Shown: in pieces, positions 9,152 to 19,122 of the stretch
Layout of the letters: each line of letters begins with the position of its first letter
How positions within the stretch are numbered: position 1 is the stretch's first letter
From: Nitrospinota bacterium
GTDB lineage: Bacteria > Nitrospinota_A > UBA7883 > JACRLM01
Direction: 5' to 3'
Assembly (NCBI GenBank): GCA_016208975.1
Contig: JACQXA010000004.1
Coordinates: forward strand, 681,015-745,014
Length of the DNA: 64,000 bases
Position numbers and translations under genes: made by a program
The notes under the pieces: generated by a model
What the model was told of the DNA's origin: nothing
What the model saw: the letters and a program-made list of their open reading frames with translations, nothing else
The model's database searches: none

Positions 9152-10306
9152 GTGGCCAGGAGCCTATGGGTATGCCCCATGCATCCGAACGTGAAGCAGG
9201 AGGGCAAGGGTAGTTGCCCCATTTGCGGGATGAACCTTGTTGAGAAGAAACCGGCGTCCGCTGGCAAGACGCCCGGCGCCACTGTGGACGCGGGCGCCCT
9301 TCAGCGCCTGGGGGTGAGGCTGGCCACGGCGCAGATGACCCGTCTTGAAAGAAAGATCAAGACCTACGGAATAGCCACCATGGACGAAACATCCATCGTC
9401 ACGGTAAATCCTAAAGTGGACGGCTGGATAAAAAGGCTCAACGCCAACACCGTGGGCAAGAAAATAAGGTCAGGGGATGTACTTTACGAGATATATTCGC
9501 CGGACCTTGTCCAGCGCCAGCGTGAATATATCGAGTTGATGCTCCGGCGCGACCAGCTCTCCGAAAGCATGAAGGATAACATCACGGGTCAAAACGCCGA
9601 GGTGCTGGCAAGCCTGGCGCGGGAACGCTGGCGCGCCAGGGAAAAACTGCTCCTTGCGGATATGGATGAGGAGACGTTAAAGCGGATCGAAGAGAAAAAG
9701 CGCCCCGTGGAGTTCACTCCCGTCCGCGCCCGCCGGGGCGGGGTGGTTACCGCCGTCACGGCGCGGGAGGGCGCCTACGTCACCCCCATGAGCCCGATAG
9801 TCACAATCGTGGATCTGTCCAGCGTATGGGTGGAGGTGCTTCTTTATCGCGACCAGCTCGAATGGGCGCGGGACGGGGCCGAGGCCACGGCCAGCCTGCC
9901 CGGCTCTGGAAAGCCGGTGGCCCAGGGCAAGCTTAGGTTCGTAAATCCCCTGATGGATCCCGCAAGCCAAACCCTGCGCGCAAGGCTGGAAGTTAACGGC
10001 GCCGCAACCGGCTTTACGCCAGGGATGAATGTGGATGTGCGCATAACGGCCGAATCGCGAGTGGCGCTTTGCGTTCCCAGGCCGGCGGTGATCCGGGACG
10101 GGCGCGGAGCGCGGGTTATGGTATCGAGAGGTAATGGGCTGTTCGCGCCGGTGCAAGTCAGAACGGGGGCCACCGACGGGGAAAACATGGAGATACTGGA
10201 GGGCTTGGCCGACGGGGATAGAGTGGCCGTCAACGGCCAGTTTCTGCTGGACTCCGCCGCCTCAATGAACGAGGCCGCCGAGAGGATGGGGCATCCGCAC
10301 AACTGA
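9152..10306 (+). CDS. cusB: CusB-type RND efflux membrane fusion protein with N-terminal metal-binding motif
   Basis: GTG start; VCPMHP...CPICGM motif then HlyD-like adaptor; no signal peptide of its own. Confidence 0.85.
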   Translation: MARSLWVCPMHPNVKQEGKGSCPICGMNLVEKKPASAGKTPGATVDAGALQRLGVRLATAQMTRLERKIKTYGIATMDETSIVTVNPKVDGWIKRLNANTVGKKIRSGDVLYEIYSPDLVQRQREYIELMLRRDQLSESMKDNITGQNAEVLASLARERWRAREKLLLADMDEETLKRIEEKKRPVEFTPVRARRGGVVTAVTAREGAYVTPMSPIVTIVDLSSVWVEVLLYRDQLEWARDGAEATASLPGSGKPVAQGKLRFVNPLMDPASQTLRARLEVNGAATGFTPGMNVDVRITAESRVALCVPRPAVIRDGRGARVMVSRGNGLFAPVQVRTGATDGENMEILEGLADGDRVAVNGQFLLDSAASMNEAAERMGHPHN

Positions 10307-10366
10307 AGTATGCGGAAAAAGCGTCCTGTAGTTTTCCGCCGTTTTAACCTCCACCGGTAAAATACG

Positions 10367-13300
10367 ATGATCGAAAAAGTAATAGCCTGGTCGCTGAGGA
10401 ACAGGCCGCTGGTCCTTCTGGGATCGCTTCTGCTGGCGGCGTGGGGCTGGCATTCTTCCCGCCACATGGCGTTGGACGCCATACCTGACCTTTCCGACAC
10501 ACAGGTGATCGTCAAAACCAGCTTCCCCGGCCAAGCCCCCCAGATAGTGGAGGATCAGGTCACCTATCCCCTGGCCACCGCCCTGCTTTCGGCGCCAAGG
10601 TCGGTGGCGGTCCGGGGTTTTTCCATGTTCGGCGAGTCGAACATCTACATAATCTTCGAGGATGGCGTCGACCCCTATTGGGCCAGGGCAAGGGTGAGCG
10701 AATATCTTGGCCAGCTTGCCGGCAGGCTACCGGCCGGGGTGACGCCCTCCTTGGGGCCGGACGCCTCAGGCGTGGGATGGATACTGGAATACGCCATCGT
10801 GGACAGGAACGGCTCCCACAACCCCGATGAGCTTCGGGCCATCCAGGATTTTTATCTGAAGTTCGAGTTGCAAAGTCTTCCGGGGGTGGCGGAGGTGGCC
10901 ACTGTTGGAGGCATGGCGCGGCAGTTCCAGGTTGAAATGGACCCGGACAGGATGACCGCCGCAGGGGTGACGTTGGAAAGCGTGGAAATGGCCATACGGA
11001 ACGCCAACGTTTCAGGCGGCGGCTCTGTCACCGAAATGAGCGGGGCCGAATACATGATCCGCTCCCACGGCCACCTTAAAACATTGGATGATTTCGGGCT
11101 TATATCACTGGGCATAAGCGACTCCGGCTCCCCTATCCTTTTAAAGGACATAGCCAATATACAGACCGGCCCTGAAACGAGGCGTGGCGTGGCGGACCTT
11201 GACGGCGAGGGAGAGGCTACCGGAGGTATAGTGATAATGCGGCCTGGCCAGAACGCCCTGGATATCATCAGCCGTGTCAAGGCTCGGCTTGAGGAGTTGA
11301 AATCCGGCCTGCCGCCGGGGGTGGAGATCGTGATCACCTACGACCGCTCCGGCCTGATCAACAGGGCCATTGACAACCTCACCGGCAAACTGCTGGAAGA
11401 GTCACTGGCGGTGGCGGCCGTGTGCCTGCTGTTTCTTTTCCATCTGCGCTCGTCTCTCGTGGCGGTGGTTACCCTTCCCCTGGGAATTCTTGCCGCCATC
11501 GGCGTGATGCGCCAGCAAGGGGCCCCGGCGGACATCATGTCCCTCGGCGGGATAGCCATCGCCATCGGCGCCATGGTGGACGCCGCAGTGGTGATGATAG
11601 AGAACATGCACAAGAGCATGGAGAAGGCCGCGCCCGGAGAGGACCGATGGGAGATAGTTTACAGAAGCTCGGTTGAAGTGGGGCCAGCGCTTTTTTTCTC
11701 CCTGCTCGTGATAACGGTTTCCTTCCTGCCCGTGTTCACGCTTACGGGCCAGGAGGGAAAGCTGTTCACTCCGCTGGCTTTCACCAAGACTTACGCCATG
11801 GCCGCCAGCGCCGCGCTGGCGATAACGCTCACGCCGGTCCTTATGGGCTATTTTGTCCGGGGCAGGATAGCGCCTGAGTCCGCCAATCCTCTAAACCGCT
11901 TTTTCCAGGCGCTGTACAGGCCAGCTTTGCTTACGTCCCTGAGGCATAAGGGGCGCACCATGGCGCTGGCAATGGCGCTCACCATATCGGCCTTGTGGCC
12001 GGCGGCCAGACTCGGTAGCGAGTTTATGCCTTCGTTGTACGAAGGGGATCTGCTCTACATGCCCACAACCCTTCCGGGCGTGTCGGTGGACGAGGCGGCC
12101 AGGATCACACAAATCACCGACAGGATCATCAAGACCATGCCGGAGGTGGAGCGGGTGTTCGGCAAGGCGGGCAGGGCGGAAACCGCCACGGATCCCGCGC
12201 CTCTTTCCATGCTGGAAACCACCATACTCTTAAAGCCCCAGAGCCAATGGCCCGCGGGCGAAAGCATAGACGACCTTGTGCGCAAGCTGGACGCGGCCGT
12301 TTCCCTCCCCGGCCTTATAAACTCCTGGGGATATCCCATTCGCACGAGGATTGACATGCTCTCCACGGGGATTAAGACTCCCCTGGGGGTGAAAATAACC
12401 GGGCCGGACTCCCAAGGAGTGGCGGATTTGGCCAGCGAGATCGAAATGGTCATCAAGAATGTGAGGGGAACGCGGAACGTGTTCGCCGACCGCGCCGCCA
12501 GCGGCAGGTACATAGACGTGGTTATGGACCGGGCCGAGTCGGCCAGATACGGTGTCAGCGCCGCGGACATTAAGAGGCTTATGGAAAACGCCATAGGCGG
12601 GGAGACCATAGGCTATGTGATAGACGGGCGGCAACGGTTCTCCATCGCCATGAGGGTTCCGCGCTCGTTCCGCGAATCCCCGGAGGCAATAGGCGCCACG
12701 CGCATCTCTACGCCGATGGGAGCGCAGATCCCTCTGAGCCACGTGGCCAGGGTTGAAATCTCCAACGGCCCGTCAGAGATCAAAAGCGAGAACGGCAGGC
12801 TGGCGGGCTATGTGTACATAGACATGGCGGGAAGGGATTTGGGCGGTTACGCCGGGGAGGCCAGGCTGGCCGTGACCTCGAAGATAAAACTCAAGCCCGG
12901 TTACGCTATCACGTGGTCAGGCCAATACGAGAGCATGGAGCGGGCGCGGGAGCGGCTCTATCTGGCGGTCCCTCTGACGCTGGCGCTGGTGTTCATCCTC
13001 CTTTACATGTATTTCCGAAGCGCCGGGAAGGTGGCGCTTGTGCTGTTAAGTCTTCCCTTCGCGCTGTCCGGCGGGCTGTGGCTGGTGTACCTGCTGGGAT
13101 ACAACCTTTCCGTGGCAGTGGCAGTGGGCTTTATCGCGCTGGCGGGGGTTGCGGCGGAGTTCGGCGTGGTGATGATTCTTTATATAGACAACGCGTTCAG
13201 GGAAGGAAGCGGTGGCGATGTAACTTCGGCGGTGATCCAGGGTGCGCTGGCCAGGATACGGCCCAAGATGATGACCGTTACGGTGATAGTGGCAGGCCTT

Positions 13301-13453
13301 CTTCCCGTAATGTTCTCGAGCGGGGCAGGGTCCGACGTGATGAAGCGGGTGGCGGCTCCGCTGGTGGGGGGCATGCTCACCGCGCCGCTACTGTCGTTGT
13401 TCGTCATTCCTGCGCTCTACGCCATATTCATCCGGGGAAAGGGCGATAAGTAG
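10367..13453 (+). CDS. cusA: CusA/CzcA-family heavy-metal efflux RND transporter
   Basis: 1028 aa, 12-TM RND topology, N-terminus MIEKVIAWSLRNRPLVLL... typical of the HME-RND family. Confidence 0.9.
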   Translation: MIEKVIAWSLRNRPLVLLGSLLLAAWGWHSSRHMALDAIPDLSDTQVIVKTSFPGQAPQIVEDQVTYPLATALLSAPRSVAVRGFSMFGESNIYIIFEDGVDPYWARARVSEYLGQLAGRLPAGVTPSLGPDASGVGWILEYAIVDRNGSHNPDELRAIQDFYLKFELQSLPGVAEVATVGGMARQFQVEMDPDRMTAAGVTLESVEMAIRNANVSGGGSVTEMSGAEYMIRSHGHLKTLDDFGLISLGISDSGSPILLKDIANIQTGPETRRGVADLDGEGEATGGIVIMRPGQNALDIISRVKARLEELKSGLPPGVEIVITYDRSGLINRAIDNLTGKLLEESLAVAAVCLLFLFHLRSSLVAVVTLPLGILAAIGVMRQQGAPADIMSLGGIAIAIGAMVDAAVVMIENMHKSMEKAAPGEDRWEIVYRSSVEVGPALFFSLLVITVSFLPVFTLTGQEGKLFTPLAFTKTYAMAASAALAITLTPVLMGYFVRGRIAPESANPLNRFFQALYRPALLTSLRHKGRTMALAMALTISALWPAARLGSEFMPSLYEGDLLYMPTTLPGVSVDEAARITQITDRIIKTMPEVERVFGKAGRAETATDPAPLSMLETTILLKPQSQWPAGESIDDLVRKLDAAVSLPGLINSWGYPIRTRIDMLSTGIKTPLGVKITGPDSQGVADLASEIEMVIKNVRGTRNVFADRAASGRYIDVVMDRAESARYGVSAADIKRLMENAIGGETIGYVIDGRQRFSIAMRVPRSFRESPEAIGATRISTPMGAQIPLSHVARVEISNGPSEIKSENGRLAGYVYIDMAGRDLGGYAGEARLAVTSKIKLKPGYAITWSGQYESMERARERLYLAVPLTLALVFILLYMYFRSAGKVALVLLSLPFALSGGLWLVYLLGYNLSVAVAVGFIALAGVAAEFGVVMILYIDNAFREGSGGDVTSAVIQGALARIRPKMMTVTVIVAGLLPVMFSSGAGSDVMKRVAAPLVGGMLTAPLLSLFVIPALYAIFIRGKGDK

Positions 13454-13823
13454 CGTGAAGGGGCCGGCTTGAGAGCCCCAAACTCGCCACTGGCGGCTTC
13501 CCGTGGAGCGGTGACACAGGAATACTGTTCATACTTTCAACTCTTGCCCTTATCACCTTCTCTTCCGGTGGGGTGATAAATCCCTCCGCAGGCTATGGCG
13601 GAGTTTGGCTTGCGCGGAATGATCTCTTGTTTCCCGGCCATTGGAGATTCTTAGGAGGGTGAGAACCACAGACGGCCCGGGAAAATTCCTTACAAAGAAC
13701 AACATGGAAACCAGTACCGGAACCCAAGCCATGAACCAGCGCCTTCCCCGCGACGATGAGCATGGTTAGAGTATCTTTGCCCGGATGCTAAATGCCGTCT
13801 GACCATTTTGCGGGCGGTAAATG

Positions 13824-15107
13824 TCACGCATGCCCCTCCTGGCCGTTTCCAATCTTGTACGGCAACCCGTTTTTGACGCCATTCTTCACGCCGTTTTTCT
13901 GTCCGTTCACCGTTTGGGCGCCAGATGAGCCGTTTATGGGCAACGTTACGGTAAATGCGCTTCCCTTCCCCTGTTCGCTTGATGACAATGTAACATCGCC
14001 TCCGTGGACGTTGGCTATCATCTTGGCCAGCGCCAGGCCGTGCCCCATGCCGCTGTATTTTCTCGCCAGGTTCTCCTCTATCTGCCGGAACCTGTCGAAT
14101 ATCCATTCCTTAACATGGTCTGGGATGCCGATCCCCTCGTCAATCACGTCCACAATCACAAACCCGGCCGGGTTATCAACCCTGGCCCTTACGATGATTC
14201 TCGATCCTGGTGGGGAGAACTTCATGGCGTTAGCCACCAGATGGAAGAAGAGAACTTCCAGTTTCTGATGATCCCCTACTATCTTCGGCTCCGGTTCCGG
14301 CAGAACCACATCCCACTTCCGGTTGTGTTCCGGAAACTCCATCTGCGCCTTCTTAACAGCCTCGCTGATGAGGTCGTTAAGCCAAACGTAGTGGCTATAC
14401 AATTTTGCGTTACCGGTGGCCAGTTTGGACATAAGCAGTATCTCCTCCACCATCCTCAATAGTGAGGAGCCGGCTTTCTGAATGAGTCCAGCCAGTTCCG
14501 GGGCTTTTTCCGCCGGAGCGGTGCCGTTGGCGATAAGCCTGGAAAAACCCAGAACCACCGTCAGCGGCGTGCGAAGCTCGTGGCTTATGTTGCTGAGGAA
14601 CTGCTCTTTTAACCTGGCCGAGGCTTCCGACCGCGCCTTTTCCTCCTTTAACTGGTCAATCGCGCTCTCCAGTTCCCGCATCTGTTCCTGAATCTTGCTG
14701 GCGGTCAGGTCCTGGTAAAGTTCCGCGAAATGGTTTTTCGCGTAATTGACAGCTTCGAAAACAAGGTTGAGCATCTTCGGTTGGTCGGAATGGGGGGCCA
14801 GGCTGAATATCCTTTGCGCCGCAACGCCCCGGAAAACCTCCAGCCCGTATTGCACCGCGCTAAGCGGAAAACCGTGAGCCAGCCGTTTGGCGGCTATGAA
14901 TCCGATGAAATCGTCCAGATGGGCGCGGTCGCCGTCTCTGATGAAACGCAGGTAGCCGTTGAAGGCGGAGGATACGGTGCCTAGAAGCTCGTCGTGGCTC
15001 CTGTCGGCGTACACCTGGTGCTTCCTGACATGCGCTATCCACTCGCCGATTATGCTTTCTTTCCCGCTGGAAAGGATGTGGCCTATATTTTCCCTGGCTT
15101 TTTGCAT
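13824..15107 (-). CDS. Sensor histidine kinase, apparently cytoplasmic
   Basis: H-box SHELRTPL, HATPase motifs (GSAFTVTLP); no hydrophobic TM segments; C-terminal NG(V/Q)K repeats. Confidence 0.85.
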   Translation of the reverse strand: MQKARENIGHILSSGKESIIGEWIAHVRKHQVYADRSHDELLGTVSSAFNGYLRFIRDGDRAHLDDFIGFIAAKRLAHGFPLSAVQYGLEVFRGVAAQRIFSLAPHSDQPKMLNLVFEAVNYAKNHFAELYQDLTASKIQEQMRELESAIDQLKEEKARSEASARLKEQFLSNISHELRTPLTVVLGFSRLIANGTAPAEKAPELAGLIQKAGSSLLRMVEEILLMSKLATGNAKLYSHYVWLNDLISEAVKKAQMEFPEHNRKWDVVLPEPEPKIVGDHQKLEVLFFHLVANAMKFSPPGSRIIVRARVDNPAGFVIVDVIDEGIGIPDHVKEWIFDRFRQIEENLARKYSGMGHGLALAKMIANVHGGDVTLSSSEQGKGSAFTVTLPINGSSGAQTVNGQKNGVKNGVKNGLPYKIGNGQEGHA

Positions 15108-15124
15108 CCCATATTGGCGTTACT

Positions 15125-15841
15125 TCATGCCCCCCTGCTTTCCACTATCCAGCGCGCTTTAGTAGAATCCAATATGGAGCGCTGGCATACCCTCACAACC
15201 TCCTCAAGGTCGTCTGTGATGGTAAGCGCGTCCATGTCCTCCTGCTTTATGTAACGGCGGTCCATGGGGCTGTTCCTGAGCCAGTCCAGCAGACCTTGCC
15301 AGAAATCCCGCCCCACCAGGATAACCGGAAAAGGAAGCGTCCGCTTGGTGCGGATGAGGGTTAGCGCCTCGAACAGCTCGTCCAATGTGCCGAACCCGCC
15401 GGGAAAAATGACGAAGGCCTGGGAATATTTCACCAGCATCACCTTCCGCACAAAGAAATGGCGCACCTTTATTTTGGGGTCGGTATAAGGGTTGCCCTCC
15501 TGCTCCAAAGGCAGGTCTATCTCCACACCGATGGACTTGCCGCCACTCTCCATGGCGCCCTTGTTGGCTCCTTCCATGATGCCCGGCCCGCCGCCGGTTA
15601 TCACGGCTATGCCAGCCTCGGAAAGCTTCTTTCCCAACTGGTCGGCCATCGTGTAATAAACGTCGTCCTCCGCGGCTTTGGCCGAGCCGAACACCGACAC
15701 CATGGGCTCCTGGCGGGAGAGCAGGTCGAACCCCTCCACAAACTCGGACATGATGCGGAAGAGACGCCACGAGTCCCCAACCTTCATCTCGTCGAGGACG
15801 TACTGGTAATTCCGGACGAAATCGTCTCTATCTTTCATCAT
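15125..15841 (-). CDS. LOG-family (TIGR00730) nucleotide hydrolase
   Basis: GGGPGIMEG and PGGFGTLDE motifs; start chosen at MMKDRDD rather than the longer ORF. Confidence 0.8.
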   Translation of the reverse strand: MMKDRDDFVRNYQYVLDEMKVGDSWRLFRIMSEFVEGFDLLSRQEPMVSVFGSAKAAEDDVYYTMADQLGKKLSEAGIAVITGGGPGIMEGANKGAMESGGKSIGVEIDLPLEQEGNPYTDPKIKVRHFFVRKVMLVKYSQAFVIFPGGFGTLDELFEALTLIRTKRTLPFPVILVGRDFWQGLLDWLRNSPMDRRYIKQEDMDALTITDDLEEVVRVCQRSILDSTKARWIVESRGA

Positions 15842-15966
15842 ATCCAGAACCGGTAATAAAGTGTCTTGCGCGATTTTAAATTTAAGCCGCCACGCCGGCC
15901 CAAAATGCAATTTTGCCCCTCGCGGGCGCGGTTTGCAAATGGAATCGCATGCGCGCCGGGCGGAAC

Positions 15967-18900
15967 TCAGCCTTGGGCGTGATCCTTCCCGTCGTGGGTA
16001 AGCGACACCCCGTAAAACCGGGACATCCACGAGTCCAGCAGGGAATAAAGCGCGGGCACCACCACCAACGTAAGTATAGTGGCGAAACCCATCCCGAACA
16101 CTATGGCGTCGGCCATGGGACCCCAGAACTCCGTGGAGTCCGACCCCATGGCGAACTTCATCTTGTTAAAATCGAAGCTTATCCCCAGTGACATGGGAAC
16201 CACGCCAAGGATGGTGGTTATTGCGGTAAGCAGGACGGGCCGGAGCCTGGTGAGCCCGGCGGTGACGATGGCGTCGAACTTGGGCATCCCACGCTCACGG
16301 AGCTTTATGGTGTAGTCCAGCAACACTATGGCGTTGCACACCACCACCCCCGCCAGGCTCACTATGCCTATGCCGGTCATGATGATGCCGAAGGGGCTCA
16401 TGGTTACCAGAAGCCCGATGAGCACGCCGATTATGGACAGCACGACCGAGGTGAGGATTATAGAAGGGGTGACTATGGAGTTAAACTCCAGTATCAGCAC
16501 CAGGGCGATGAGGAACACTGCGGTGAAAAAGGCGTTGGTCAGGAAGGTTTCCGCCTCCTTTTGCTCCTTCTCCTCGCCTGTATAGGATATCTGCACGCCC
16601 TCGGGCAGTTTCACCTTTTCGGCTACGGTTTTTTTCACCGTCTCCAACGTGGCGGCGCTGTTATACCCGGCCGCCACCTGTGCCCCCACGGAAATAACCC
16701 GCTTCTGGTCCAAGTGCATGATGTCCGAATATCCCGATGACGTGTCTATCTTCGTAACGGCGCTCAAGGGTATTTCCTTGCCCTCGTGGCGGATGAAATA
16801 ACTTTTCAGCTTTTCAAACCCGTCGCGCCTGTCCTCGGTGTAACGGACGCGGATGTCGTACTCGTCTTTCCCTTCCCTGTATATGGATGCCTTGGAGCCG
16901 TAGATTGCGGCGCGCACTCCCCCGGCCACATCGGTGGTGTTCAACCCATAGCTTGCGGCCTTCTCCCGGTCTATCTCTATCCTCAGCTCCGGCATGCCCG
17001 CCGAGTAATTGTTCTCCGCGTCCACCACGCCAGGAACCTTGGAGATGACATCCTCCAGCGTATGGCTCACGTCGGCAAGAACGGTGTAATCGTCCCCAAA
17101 CACCTCTATGTTGATGGGGGCCCCCACCGGCGGGCCCATCTGCTCGGCGCTCACCCGCACCCTGGCCCCTACAATCTCCCCGGTGGCGGCGGCGCGGATC
17201 TCGTCTTGTATGAGTTTGGTGGAATGTTCCCGTTCTTCCCGGGGTATGAAATCCACTATCACCCGGGCCTTGTTCCCCGGCCCGGATTCGCCCATCCCGG
17301 AAAAATCGAACACCCCGGCGGATACGCCCACGTTGGCCACGTATGTCTGCGTCTCTTTATACTTTTTTACTATCGCTTCTATTTTCCGTGTAAGCGCGTC
17401 CGTGGCGTCCACCGTAAAGCCTGTGGGGGCCTCCAGCTCCACAAACGTTTTTCTTGGGTCCGCCGATGGGAAAAACTCCACCCCGTGTCCAGCCACGGAA
17501 TAAACGGCGATGATCATCACCAACGCCCCAAACGACGCCGCCAGGGTCTTGCCACGGTGGTTTAACGCCCATATAAGCGCACGCCGGTATTGGCGCATCA
17601 GCGGCCCCATTTCCTCCTCGGAGCGCTGGGCGTAACTTTTGCTCCTGCTTTTAACGCTAAGCATCGTGGCGCACATGGTGGGATTTATCACCAGCGCCAC
17701 GAAAAGCGACGCCAGCAGGGCGATGATAACTGTGTACGGGATGTACACCATGAACTCGCCCATTATCCCCGGCCAGAAAATGATGGGCAGGAACCCGCAT
17801 ATGGTTGTCATGGTGGAGGTGATGACGGGCACTATCACCTCCCTGGTCCCTTCCAGCGCGGCGGTCTTCGCGTCCGCCCCCTCTTCGGCGTGGCGGAATA
17901 TGTTCTCCACCACCACTATGGCGTCGTCCACCAGCCTGCCCAGCGCGAGGATTATGGAGAAGAGCACCACCATGTTCAGCGTTATGCCGGCCGCTGACAA
18001 CACTCCGAACATGATCAATAGGGAAAACGGGATCGCCAGCGACACGAATACCGCCGCCCGCAGGCCAAGCGAGAAGAAAAGGGTGATAACCACCAGCGTC
18101 ACGCCGGTCACCACGTGGTTGCCCAAGTCGCTTAAGAACGTCTTTGTGTCCTGGCTTTGGTCGGCGGTGTAAACCACCTTGGTAGAGCGGGGAAACGAGC
18201 GCTCCTCCTGAGCCACCAGGGCCTTCACCGCATCGGCCACTTCTATTATGTTCTCGCCGCTCCTCTTCACAACGGATATGCTGATGCACTCCTGCCCGTT
18301 AAGCCGGGCCATTGTGCTTGTTTCCTTGAACCCGAACTTCACCTCCGCCAGGTCCCGCACATATACCGGCTTGTTGTCCACGGACCGGATAACGATATCC
18401 CGTATGATCCGGAAATCCTCAAACTCCCCCGGCAGGCGCACCAGGTACTTGTAGTCACCCAGGGTTATGGATCCGCCGGGGATGGTCACGTTCTCCCTGG
18501 CGATGGCGTCTTCCACGTCTTGCATGGCCAGCCCGTAATAGCGTAGCCGCGCCGGATCCACGTTAACCTGCACCTCGCGCTCCAGCCCCCCGGCCACCCG
18601 CGCCTCCAGCACACCGGGTATCTGCTCTATCTTGTCCTTTAGGTCATCCGCCACTTTCTTGAGCCGGGGCAGGCCATACCCTCCGGACATGTTCACGTAC
18701 AGTATCGGGATGTTGGAGAAACTTATCTCCGTCACCACCGGCTCCTCGGCTTCGGAAGGGATCTCCGAACGGGCCGAGCTCGTCTTATCGCGCACTTTTT
18801 GCAAGGCGGTGTCTATATCCACCGACGGCTCAAACTCCACCGTTATCGCAGAGATGCTCTCCTTGGATGAGGAGCGCATCTCTTTTATGTTCTCTATGCT

Positions 18901-19119
18901 CTTCAGCTCTTTTTCGATTTTCCGGGTCACCAGCGATTCCATGTCCGCCGGGGAAACGCCCGGATACACCGTGGTGACGATAACGAAGGGTATGGTGATG
19001 TCCGGCGAAGATTCCCTGGGCAGGGTGAAAAACGAATTTGTTCCAATGACGGCGATAATAAGAACCATGGCGTAAACCGCCATGTAGTTCTTGATGGAAA
19101 ACTCTGTGATTCTGGTCAC
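15967..19119 (-). CDS. RND multidrug efflux transporter (AcrB/HAE1-like)
   Basis: 1050 aa 12-TM RND permease. Confidence 0.9.
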   Translation of the reverse strand: MTRITEFSIKNYMAVYAMVLIIAVIGTNSFFTLPRESSPDITIPFVIVTTVYPGVSPADMESLVTRKIEKELKSIENIKEMRSSSKESISAITVEFEPSVDIDTALQKVRDKTSSARSEIPSEAEEPVVTEISFSNIPILYVNMSGGYGLPRLKKVADDLKDKIEQIPGVLEARVAGGLEREVQVNVDPARLRYYGLAMQDVEDAIARENVTIPGGSITLGDYKYLVRLPGEFEDFRIIRDIVIRSVDNKPVYVRDLAEVKFGFKETSTMARLNGQECISISVVKRSGENIIEVADAVKALVAQEERSFPRSTKVVYTADQSQDTKTFLSDLGNHVVTGVTLVVITLFFSLGLRAAVFVSLAIPFSLLIMFGVLSAAGITLNMVVLFSIILALGRLVDDAIVVVENIFRHAEEGADAKTAALEGTREVIVPVITSTMTTICGFLPIIFWPGIMGEFMVYIPYTVIIALLASLFVALVINPTMCATMLSVKSRSKSYAQRSEEEMGPLMRQYRRALIWALNHRGKTLAASFGALVMIIAVYSVAGHGVEFFPSADPRKTFVELEAPTGFTVDATDALTRKIEAIVKKYKETQTYVANVGVSAGVFDFSGMGESGPGNKARVIVDFIPREEREHSTKLIQDEIRAAATGEIVGARVRVSAEQMGPPVGAPINIEVFGDDYTVLADVSHTLEDVISKVPGVVDAENNYSAGMPELRIEIDREKAASYGLNTTDVAGGVRAAIYGSKASIYREGKDEYDIRVRYTEDRRDGFEKLKSYFIRHEGKEIPLSAVTKIDTSSGYSDIMHLDQKRVISVGAQVAAGYNSAATLETVKKTVAEKVKLPEGVQISYTGEEKEQKEAETFLTNAFFTAVFLIALVLILEFNSIVTPSIILTSVVLSIIGVLIGLLVTMSPFGIIMTGIGIVSLAGVVVCNAIVLLDYTIKLRERGMPKFDAIVTAGLTRLRPVLLTAITTILGVVPMSLGISFDFNKMKFAMGSDSTEFWGPMADAIVFGMGFATILTLVVVPALYSLLDSWMSRFYGVSLTHDGKDHAQG

Positions 19120-19122
19120 GGT

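Noticed and set aside
13454-13823. Direct repeat of the tRNA-fMet 3' end that would mark an island boundary
   Set aside because: No tRNA-derived repeat found by eye in this or nearby intergenic regions.
16786-18289. Several ORFs of 130-260 aa on both strands inside the RND permease gene
   Set aside because: All overlap the 1050 aa RND transporter reading frame; translations are His/Arg/Gly-rich low-complexity.
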